Shown here in pieces: positions 28,150 to 36,148 of a DNA stretch of 50,020 bases; position 1 is the stretch's first letter, and the number at the start of each line of letters is the position of its first letter. This DNA comes from Janthinobacterium lividum (GTDB lineage: Bacteria > Pseudomonadota > Gammaproteobacteria > Burkholderiales > Burkholderiaceae), in contig JBPBQT010000146.1 in NCBI GenBank assembly GCA_050955065.1, positions 1 through 50,020 on the forward strand. The letters run 5' to 3'. Both the position numbers and the translations under genes were made by a program. The notes under the pieces are model-generated. The model saw only the letters and a program-made list of their open reading frames with translations, did no database searches and had not been told where the DNA came from.

Positions 28150-31083
28150 ATGACAAAGAAACAGGAACGCGCCGCCGACCACGCTGCGGCAACGCCGGCC
28201 ACCGCCGCGACGGCGGCAGCAAGCGTGGCAACAGGCACGCCATCCACGCCACCCGCGATCAACGACCGGGTCCGTGTGCGCGGCGCCCGCGAACACAATC
28301 TCAAAAACGTCGACGTCGACATTCCGCGCAACGCGCTGGTCGTCTTCACCGGCGTGTCCGGTTCGGGCAAATCGTCGCTGGCGTTCGGCACGCTGTACGC
28401 CGAGGCGCAGCGCCGCTATTTCGAATCGGTCGCCCCGTACGCGCGCCGCCTGATCGATCAGGTGGGCACGCCCGCCGTCGATTCGATCCACGGCCTGCCG
28501 CCCGCGGTGGCGTTGCAACAGCAGCGGGGCACGCCGAACAGCCGCTCGTCGGTCGGCAGCGTCACGCACCTGTCGGACCTGTTGCGGATGTTGTATTCGC
28601 GTACCGGCCGCTACCCGCCCGGGCAGCCGATGCTGTACGCCGAGGATTTCTCGCCGAACCTGCCCGAGGGCGCCTGCCCAGTGTGCCACGGCCTGGGCCG
28701 CATCTACGAGGCCACCGAGCGCTCGATGGTGCTGGACGACACCCTGACGATCCGCGAACGGGCGGTCTCGGCCTGGCCGCCGGCCTGGCACGGACAGAAC
28801 CTGCGCGACATCCTGGTCACGCTCGGCCACGACGTCGACACGCCCTGGCGCGATCTGCCGCAAAGCGTGCGCGACTGGATCCTCTTCACCGACGAACAGC
28901 CCACGGTGCCGGTATACGCCGGCCTGTCGCCCGCGCAGACGCGCGCGGCGCTCAAAGCCCGGCGCGAGCCGAGCTACCAGGGCACGTTCAGCAGCGCGCG
29001 GCGTTATCTGCTGCACACCTTCACCACCACGCAGAGCGCGTTGATGAAGAAGCGCGTGGCGCGCTATCTCGTCAGCCGCGCCTGCCCGGAATGCGACGGC
29101 AAGCGTCTCAAGCGCGCGGCGTTGAGCGTGACGTTCAACGGCTACGACATCGGCGCGCTGTCGATGCTGCCGCTGGACCAGCTCGAAGCGGTGCTGCGCC
29201 CCGCCGCGCACGGCGCGACGCCCATCGCCGGCAACGCGCCCGACGGCGAAAATGCCGCCAGCGGCAGGAAGACGCATGCACGCGGCGAGGGCTCCGCGAC
29301 GTCCGCCGCGGAATCCGCTGTGGCATCCACCGAGGTATCCACCGCAACATCCGTCGCGGAACCCGCCGAGGCATCCACCGCATCGACTGGCAAGTCCTCT
29401 GCCAAGTCCCACGCCGCGCTGCGCGCCGCGAACCGGGACGCGCCGGAGCAGACGGCCGCCGAGCGCATCGCCGCCGAACGCATCTGCCAGGACGTGCTCG
29501 CGCGCGTGGCGGCGCTGATCGATCTCGGGCTTGGCTATCTGTCGCTCGACCGCAGCACGCCGACGCTGTCGCCCGGCGAACTGCAGCGCCTGCGCCTCGC
29601 GACGCAGCTCGATTCGGAGCTGTTCGGCGTCGTCTACGTGCTCGACGAACCCTCGGCCGGCCTGCACCCCGCCGACGGCGAAGCGTTGATCCGCGCGCTG
29701 GCGCGTCTGAAGGAAGCGGGCAACTCGCTCTTCGTCGTCGAGCACGATCCGGAACTGATGCGCCGCGCCGACTGGCTGGTCGACGTCGGCCCCGGTGCCG
29801 GGGAACTGGGCGGCGAAGTGCTGTACAGCGGCCCGCCCGCCGGGCTGGCCGACGTCGCCGCGTCCGAGACCCGGCGCTATCTGTTCCCGCCCGCCGCAAC
29901 GGGCGACGAGGCGTCCGGCGCCCCGGACGCGGCATCCACGGCCCGCACGCGGCGGACCCCCGCGGCCTGGCTGGAGATCGACGGCATCACCCGCAACAAC
30001 CTGCGGAACGTGGCGGCGCGTTTTCCGCTGGGCTGCCTGACGGCCGTGACCGGCGTCTCGGGTTCCGGAAAATCGACGCTGGTCAGTCAGGTCCTGCCGG
30101 AACTGGTCGGCGCCCATCTCGGACAGACGGACAGCGGCGGCGAAGGCGATGCGGAGGACGCCGACGAGCCGACGCCGGACGACGCGGGCGATACGCCACG
30201 GGTGGCCGATGCGGCCGGCGGCGGCGCGGCCGACGCGGCCGACGCGGCCAGCAGCGGCCGCATCGTCGCGGGCATCGAACGCCTGACGCGACTGGTACGA
30301 GTCGACCAGAAGCCGATCGGACGCACGCCGCGCTCGAATCTCGCGACGTACACGGGCCTGTTCGATCAGGTGCGCAAGCTGTTCGCCACGACGCCGGAAG
30401 CACGCCGCCGACGCTACGACGCCAGCCGCTTTTCGTTCAACGTCGCGAAAGGCCGGTGTCCCAAGTGCGAGGGCGAAGGCTCGGTCAGCATCGAACTGCT
30501 GTTCATGCCGAGCGTCTATGCGCCCTGCCCGGTCTGTCAGGGCGCCCGCTACAACCCCCAGACGCTCGAGATCGCCTGGACCGGCAGGAACATCGCCGAG
30601 GTACTGGGCATGACGGTGGGCGAAGCCTGCGTCTTTTTCGCCGACGAGCCCGCGGTCGCGCGGCCGCTCGGCGTGCTGCGCGACATCGGGCTAGGGTATC
30701 TGCGGCTCGGCCAGCCCGCGACCGAGCTTTCCGGCGGCGAGGCGCAGCGCATCAAGCTCGCGACGGAACTGCAGCGCGCGCAACGCGGCAACACGCTCTA
30801 TATCCTCGACGAGCCGACCACGGGGCTGCATCCAGCCGACGTCGACCGCCTGATGCGTCAGTTGCAGCAGCTCGCCGATGCCGGCAATACGCTGGTGCTG
30901 GTCGAGCACGACATGCGGGTGGTCACGCAAAGCGACTGGGTGATCGACATGGGTCCGGGCGCGGGCGCCCGGGGCGGGCGACTGGTGGCGGCCGGCGTGC
31001 CGGAAACGGTCGCGCGCTGCGCCGAAAGCGCGACGGCGCCCTACCTGGCGCGCCAGCTCTGCATCGCGCCGGCGCGTTCGTAG
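28150..31083 (+). CDS. uvrA: Class II UvrA (UvrA2/DrrC-like ABC excinuclease homolog)
   Basis: GAREHNLKNV, two GVSGSGKS Walker A motifs, LSPGE and LSGGE signatures, LDEP twice, four CxxC pairs; no UvrB-binding insertion evident; low-complexity inserts. Confidence 0.9.
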   Translation: MTKKQERAADHAAATPATAATAAASVATGTPSTPPAINDRVRVRGAREHNLKNVDVDIPRNALVVFTGVSGSGKSSLAFGTLYAEAQRRYFESVAPYARRLIDQVGTPAVDSIHGLPPAVALQQQRGTPNSRSSVGSVTHLSDLLRMLYSRTGRYPPGQPMLYAEDFSPNLPEGACPVCHGLGRIYEATERSMVLDDTLTIRERAVSAWPPAWHGQNLRDILVTLGHDVDTPWRDLPQSVRDWILFTDEQPTVPVYAGLSPAQTRAALKARREPSYQGTFSSARRYLLHTFTTTQSALMKKRVARYLVSRACPECDGKRLKRAALSVTFNGYDIGALSMLPLDQLEAVLRPAAHGATPIAGNAPDGENAASGRKTHARGEGSATSAAESAVASTEVSTATSVAEPAEASTASTGKSSAKSHAALRAANRDAPEQTAAERIAAERICQDVLARVAALIDLGLGYLSLDRSTPTLSPGELQRLRLATQLDSELFGVVYVLDEPSAGLHPADGEALIRALARLKEAGNSLFVVEHDPELMRRADWLVDVGPGAGELGGEVLYSGPPAGLADVAASETRRYLFPPAATGDEASGAPDAASTARTRRTPAAWLEIDGITRNNLRNVAARFPLGCLTAVTGVSGSGKSTLVSQVLPELVGAHLGQTDSGGEGDAEDADEPTPDDAGDTPRVADAAGGGAADAADAASSGRIVAGIERLTRLVRVDQKPIGRTPRSNLATYTGLFDQVRKLFATTPEARRRRYDASRFSFNVAKGRCPKCEGEGSVSIELLFMPSVYAPCPVCQGARYNPQTLEIAWTGRNIAEVLGMTVGEACVFFADEPAVARPLGVLRDIGLGYLRLGQPATELSGGEAQRIKLATELQRAQRGNTLYILDEPTTGLHPADVDRLMRQLQQLADAGNTLVLVEHDMRVVTQSDWVIDMGPGAGARGGRLVAAGVPETVARCAESATAPYLARQLCIAPARS
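29299..29382. repeat. Degenerate 12-bp x7 in-frame array in the uvrA2 insertion
   Basis: acgtccgccgcg/gaatccgctgtg/gcatccaccgag/gtatccaccgca/acatccgtcgcg/gaacccgccgag/gcatccaccgca. Confidence 0.75.
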
Positions 31084-31100
31084 CGCGACGCCCGGCGCTT

Positions 31101-31457
31101 CTAGGAAGCGCCGGGCATGGCCATGCGTACGGAAAGACTGCCCATGATCCACAGCGTGCCCGCAACCATGATCCCCATGATCAGCGCTGAAAAGAGAATC
31201 AGCTGCAGATCTTCCCGCTGGCGCTTCCAGCCGATATGGAGAAAGAAACGGAAATGCGCGACGATCTGCACGAACGCGCACACCCCGATGGTGATGAACA
31301 GCGCTCTGCGCGACATGAGGTGCCAGTGCACCATCGCGAACGGCACGCATGTCAGCAGCAGCGCAATGGCCATGCCCCACGCGTACGAGCGAAAGTCTTC
31401 CCGCTCCTGCGCGGCGCGCGTTGCCGGGGAATCACGGCTCTCGCTTTTGTCGGTCAT
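31101..31457 (-). CDS. cyoD: Cytochrome bo3 quinol oxidase subunit IV
   Basis: SYAWG..IALLLT.VPF, QIVAHFRFFLH, GTLWIM. Confidence 0.88.
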   Translation of the reverse strand: MTDKSESRDSPATRAAQEREDFRSYAWGMAIALLLTCVPFAMVHWHLMSRRALFITIGVCAFVQIVAHFRFFLHIGWKRQREDLQLILFSALIMGIMVAGTLWIMGSLSVRMAMPGAS

Positions 31458-32077
31458 GCCAACCCTCCGAGATAAACGATGGAGAAGACCGCCACCCAGA
31501 CGATGTCCAGGAAGTGCCAGAACAGCGCGAGCCGCATGATGCCATTCTTCGTTTCGCTGTCCAGGCCGTAACGTGCGATCTGTCCCAACAAACAAACCAG
31601 CCAGATGCAGCCGCACGCGACGTGCACGCCGTGAAGCGGCACGAGACCGAAAAATGCGGAGAGCAGACCGCTGCGGCTCGGCACACCGCCTTTTGCGAAC
31701 ATGACGCTGAAGTCATGCAATTCGAAAGCGAGGAATCCCACCCCCAGCAACAACGTTGCCACCAGCCAGACCGAAAGCCCTGGAACACCCTGCTTGTATT
31801 TGACCGACAGCGACGCCATGCCAAAGGTGAAGCTGCTCGCCAGCAATATCATCGTCTCGAAAAAAACGCTTTTGAGATCGTAAAGCTGGAGGGGACCCGG
31901 ACCGCCCGCGCCGGCTTGCAGAGAGGTTATGTAGCTGGCGAACACCATGGCGAACAGAATGACGTCGCTCATGAGGAACACCCAGAAACCGAACATCAGG
32001 CCTTCGGCATCCTCGTGGTCCTCGCCATGGGATGAATCGAGGTTCAACCCCGGATATTTGGCGTCTTCGCGGCTCAT
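31454..32077 (-). CDS. cyoC: Cytochrome bo3 quinol oxidase subunit III
   Basis: FGFWVFLMSD, ETMILLASSFT, SAFF.LV.LHGVHV, FWHFLDIVW. Confidence 0.92.
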   Translation of the reverse strand: MSREDAKYPGLNLDSSHGEDHEDAEGLMFGFWVFLMSDVILFAMVFASYITSLQAGAGGPGPLQLYDLKSVFFETMILLASSFTFGMASLSVKYKQGVPGLSVWLVATLLLGVGFLAFELHDFSVMFAKGGVPSRSGLLSAFFGLVPLHGVHVACGCIWLVCLLGQIARYGLDSETKNGIMRLALFWHFLDIVWVAVFSIVYLGGLA

Positions 32078-34185
32078 TGCACCACCCCATCGCTGGTGTG
32101 CTGTGCCAGCCCGGCATTGACTGCCTTCGTCTCGTCGATGCGGCGTATGGGCGTGGCCGCCCTGACGGCGGCGATCCACCGGTGATGCTCGTCACGAATC
32201 GTCCGCGCGTCGATGACACGCGTGGTATTCCGGGCGAAGCCGCGCACGATCATCGTGACCACGACCGCGACGCACGACGCGATCACCATCCACCAGATAT
32301 GCCATACGAGGCCGAAGGCGAGAAAGAAGGACGCGGCGGCGATCGCCGGCCCCACCGCGCTGTTCCTGGGCACCTCGATGTCTTCATATTTGTCGAGCAG
32401 CCGGTAGGCGCGTCCCGTTTCCTTGTCCAACGCAAACGTATCGCGGTCGCCGACTTCGGGAAGCGCGGCGAAGTTGTATTCCGGCGGCGGCGCGGACGTC
32501 GACCATTCGAGGTTGCGTCCATCCCATGGATCGCCCACGAAGACGCGGTTCGCGTGGCGTTGCCTGATCGATATCCACAATTGCAATACCAGAAGCGCGA
32601 GCGCCACGGTGAGGATGACGGCTCCGAACAATGCCACCCCCTCGAGCGGTGTGTATCGTGGGTCGGTATACGCGAGCGTGCGGCGCGGCATGCCCATGAG
32701 ACCCAGCGCGTACAGCGGAAAGAACGCGAACATGAAACCCACGATCCAGCATAGTGCGGAGATTTTGCCCAGGCCCTCGTGCAGGCGGAAGCCGAAGGCC
32801 TTCGGAAACCAGTAGTGGTAGGCGGCGATCATCGCGAACAGGAGGCCGGGCACCGCCACGTTATGGAAATGCGCGACCAGGAAGACGCTGTTGTGCACCT
32901 GATAGTCGATACCGGGATCGGCCAGCAGGATGCCGGTCATGCCGCCCAGCACGAACAGCAGCATGAAGCCGATCGAATAGATGATCGGTACCGTGAATCG
33001 TATCCGCCCGCGAAACATCGTCGCCATCCAGTCGTAGACTTTCACGCCGGTGGGAATGCCGATCAACATCGACGCGATGCCGAACACGGCGTTGATGTTC
33101 GCGCTCTGACCCATCGTGAAGAAATGATGGAGCCAGACGGTAAAGGAAAGAATCGCGATGGCCATCGTCGCCATCACCAGGGTGCGATAGCCGAACAGCA
33201 TCTTGCCCGAGAATGTCGGAATGACCTCCGAGTAGACGCCAAAAGCCGGCAGGATCAGGATGTAGACCTCGGGATGACCGAACAGCCAGAACAGATTCAC
33301 GAAGTGCATCATGTTCCCGCCAAGCTCGTTCGTGAAGAAGTGAAAATCGAGATAACGGTCCAGAGCGAGCTGCACCGTGGCCACGGTCAGGGGCGGCATG
33401 GCGAAAACCATCAGAATGCTCGTGCACAACGCCGTCCAGGTAAAGAGCGGCATGCGCATGTAGTGCATCCCGGGCGCCCGCATTTTATAGATCGTGACCG
33501 CGACATTGATCCCCGTGAGCGTGGACCCGAAGGAACCGAGCGTGAGTGCCCAGATCCAGTAGTCGGGGCCCTCGCCCGGGCTGAAGGTCGCCTCGGTGTA
33601 CGGCGGATAGCCGAACCATCCGCCCGTGGAGAATTCACCGATGCACAGCGAAATCATCACCAGGGCCGCGCCCGCTGCCGTGAGCGCGAGACTGACGGAA
33701 TTGAGCAAGGGAAACGCGACGTCGCGCGAGCCGATCTGCAGCGGCACCGCGTAGTTGATCATGCCGGTGAGAAAGGGCATCGCCATGAAGAAGATCATGA
33801 TGGTGCCGTGCGTGCTGAACAACTGGGCGAAATGGTCGGGTGTCAGAAAGCCGCCGCCCAGCCCCACCGCCTGCTGGGTACGCATCAGCAGCGCCTCGAT
33901 CAGCGCGCGCGCCAGCATCACCAGGGCCAGCACCACGTACATGATGCCGATCTTCTTGTGATCGGGGCTGGTCAGCCACTCGGACCACAGCACGCCCCAT
34001 TTCCGGTAGTACGTGATCAACGCGACCGTGACGAGGCCGCCCAGGACGACCATCAACGCCGCGCCGGTGGCAATGATGCCGTTGATGACGTTGGCTTTCG
34101 TGGGATTGTGCAGCATCGTCCAGAAAGGCAGCGCTTCGAAGCCGATCCTCCCGAGAGGATGCGCGAACAGGGAGGAAAGAATCAC
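32074..34185 (-). CDS. cyoB: Cytochrome bo3 quinol oxidase subunit I
   Basis: DHKKIGIMY, HGTIMIFF, GHPEVY, WLHHFFTMG, AHFHNV; quinol-site R, E (for D), H and Q retained. Confidence 0.95.
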   Translation of the reverse strand: MILSSLFAHPLGRIGFEALPFWTMLHNPTKANVINGIIATGAALMVVLGGLVTVALITYYRKWGVLWSEWLTSPDHKKIGIMYVVLALVMLARALIEALLMRTQQAVGLGGGFLTPDHFAQLFSTHGTIMIFFMAMPFLTGMINYAVPLQIGSRDVAFPLLNSVSLALTAAGAALVMISLCIGEFSTGGWFGYPPYTEATFSPGEGPDYWIWALTLGSFGSTLTGINVAVTIYKMRAPGMHYMRMPLFTWTALCTSILMVFAMPPLTVATVQLALDRYLDFHFFTNELGGNMMHFVNLFWLFGHPEVYILILPAFGVYSEVIPTFSGKMLFGYRTLVMATMAIAILSFTVWLHHFFTMGQSANINAVFGIASMLIGIPTGVKVYDWMATMFRGRIRFTVPIIYSIGFMLLFVLGGMTGILLADPGIDYQVHNSVFLVAHFHNVAVPGLLFAMIAAYHYWFPKAFGFRLHEGLGKISALCWIVGFMFAFFPLYALGLMGMPRRTLAYTDPRYTPLEGVALFGAVILTVALALLVLQLWISIRQRHANRVFVGDPWDGRNLEWSTSAPPPEYNFAALPEVGDRDTFALDKETGRAYRLLDKYEDIEVPRNSAVGPAIAAASFFLAFGLVWHIWWMVIASCVAVVVTMIVRGFARNTTRVIDARTIRDEHHRWIAAVRAATPIRRIDETKAVNAGLAQHTSDGVVQ

Positions 34186-35243
34186 GGCTTCGGCTCCATG
34201 GGCGAGGACATGGACATGTCCTTCGCCTGTTCATGCGACACGGTGTTGATCGCGGTTCCCGGCTGCCCGCCGGCGCCACTCATGGTCGCCATGACGACTT
34301 TCGAGAAAACGTCCGGGCTCGCGTTCCTGAAGTAGAGGCTGCCCTCGCTGCTGGTGTTTTGATTCAATGCGGTCTCGAGCTGCGTGAAGGTCGTGGGTCT
34401 TGAAATCAGTCCGAGCGCCTGCGCATCGAGTGGTATGCCGCCACTCTGCGCATGTCGGACCCATTCATCGAATGCCTGCGGCGTCATTGCCACGGCGGTG
34501 AACTTTTCCTGATGGAAACCGTCGCCGTTGTACATGGTGTTTTCGCCCATGAAACGGCCCGGCGCATCCGCTTGCAGATGCAACCGGGAAACCATGCCCC
34601 CCATCGCGTAGATCTGACTGCCGAGCGCAGGGATGTACAACGATTGCATGACCGTCGCGGACGTGATCTCGATGCTCACCGGTCGGCCTGCCGGCAGCGC
34701 CAGCACGCCCATGCTGGCCACGCCCTGGTCGGGATAGATGAACAGCCATTTCCAATCGTAGCCAATGACTTGCAGGCGCAGCGGCGCACGGGAAGACGGC
34801 AGCGGCCGGTAGGGATCGAGCAACGGGGTGCTGCGCCATACCAGCAGCGCCAGGAAGGCCACGATCACGATGGGGCCGGCCCATGCGGCGATCTCTATGA
34901 ACCTCGATCCGCCCCATTTTGGCGTATAGCGTGCGGTCTTCGCACCATAACGGTAGCGTAACGCGAGCCAGGGAATCAGAATGAAGATGGGAAGCGCGAC
35001 GAAGATCGCGAGCAACGCCACCATTTCGATGAAATGTTTTCGTTGCAGCGCTGCGATCGGGCCTTGCGGATCAAGAAACGAAAGATGGCTGTCGCCCGCG
35101 CACGCGCTGAGCATCAGGGCCGCCGCCATGGCCGCCCAGGCCGGAATGGGGCTTCCCACTCGCCGAGGAGTCGTTTTGATGGCAATTTCCTTGCATGTAG
35201 GTAGAGGGATGCGATTTACCGGGCCGAAATCTCGGTTACGCAT
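34182..35243 (-). CDS. cyoA: Cytochrome bo3 quinol oxidase subunit II (lipoprotein)
   Basis: Lipobox LSAC, LDPQGPIA, DWKWLFIYP, IPALGSQIYAMGGM; no CuA Cys ligands; true start probably downstream of 35243. Confidence 0.9.
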   Translation of the reverse strand: MRNRDFGPVNRIPLPTCKEIAIKTTPRRVGSPIPAWAAMAAALMLSACAGDSHLSFLDPQGPIAALQRKHFIEMVALLAIFVALPIFILIPWLALRYRYGAKTARYTPKWGGSRFIEIAAWAGPIVIVAFLALLVWRSTPLLDPYRPLPSSRAPLRLQVIGYDWKWLFIYPDQGVASMGVLALPAGRPVSIEITSATVMQSLYIPALGSQIYAMGGMVSRLHLQADAPGRFMGENTMYNGDGFHQEKFTAVAMTPQAFDEWVRHAQSGGIPLDAQALGLISRPTTFTQLETALNQNTSSEGSLYFRNASPDVFSKVVMATMSGAGGQPGTAINTVSHEQAKDMSMSSPMEPKP

Positions 35244-35611
35244 GGTCGTGGGTTACGAGGGACGGCGACACGATGCTTGATGAAGCGCGTAACTACGGAT
35301 CGGCGCTCGACGAAACTCAGCAAGGGGCGTTCCCGATCCGATGCGTCGCATTCCGTTCAGGCAAGTGTCCCGGAAAAATGAAAATGACGCGCTGCAGGCG
35401 TAATGTAAGACATGCCCCCGTCCGCGATGTAAGCAGAACGTAATATATTCCCGGAATGATGTCTTCGCCTCGATGCCTTCTTGAAGGAGACGGGAAAACG
35501 CGTCATACGCGGCGACGATGGCGTTCGCCAATGGCGTCATCCCGGCGAAGCCGGACGCCCTTCAGCCGGATGACGAGCTGGCGCTCGCATGCTCCGGCGT
35601 CATGCGTTCCG

Positions 35612-36133
35612 CTAGTCCGTCGCCTTGCGGGTGATGGTCTGCCGCAGGCCGCTGTCGTGGTTCACCGACGTGACCTCCATCCCCGTGCCGCGCGGTTTCA
35701 GCGGCCGCGGCGACGGTTCGTTGAGCACCGCCCAGAACATGCCGATGTCGTTCACCGCTTGCATGAAGTCCTTCAGCTGGCCCGGCTTCACGACATAGCC
35801 GTTGACGCCCAGTTCGTAACTGCGCAGCAGGTCCTGCTCCTCGCGCGACGAGGTCAGCATGACGATCGGAATGTATCTGAGCGCATCGTCGGCGCGCACC
35901 GCGTCGATGACCTCGTGGCCGTCGAGCTTCGGCAGTTTCTTGTCCAGCAGGATGACGACCGGATGTTCGTCTTCCCGGCCTTCCCATTCGCCCTCGCGAT
36001 GCAGGTAGTCCAACGCCTCGGCACCGTCGCGCACGGTCACCACGGGATTCGCGAGACGACTTTTTTCGAGACCGATCAGGATCAGTTCCAGGTCGTTCGG
36101 ACTGTCTTCGACAATCAAAATGGGTTTGAGCAT
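35612..36133 (-). CDS. Single-domain response regulator (Rcp1/phytochrome-associated type)
   Basis: ILIVEDSPNDLEL, ILLDKKLPKLDG, IPIVMLTSS.EE.D...SYELGVNGYVVKP. Confidence 0.92.
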   Translation of the reverse strand: MLKPILIVEDSPNDLELILIGLEKSRLANPVVTVRDGAEALDYLHREGEWEGREDEHPVVILLDKKLPKLDGHEVIDAVRADDALRYIPIVMLTSSREEQDLLRSYELGVNGYVVKPGQLKDFMQAVNDIGMFWAVLNEPSPRPLKPRGTGMEVTSVNHDSGLRQTITRKATD

Positions 36134-36148
36134 GAAATTTTCCGTGGT

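Noticed and set aside
31084-31100. Absence of cyoE after cyoD as an anomaly
   Set aside because: Heme O synthase is often encoded elsewhere; not informative from one window
28077-31190. 1037-aa alternative-frame ORF over uvrA2
   Set aside because: Off-frame GC artefact with low-complexity Arg-rich translation
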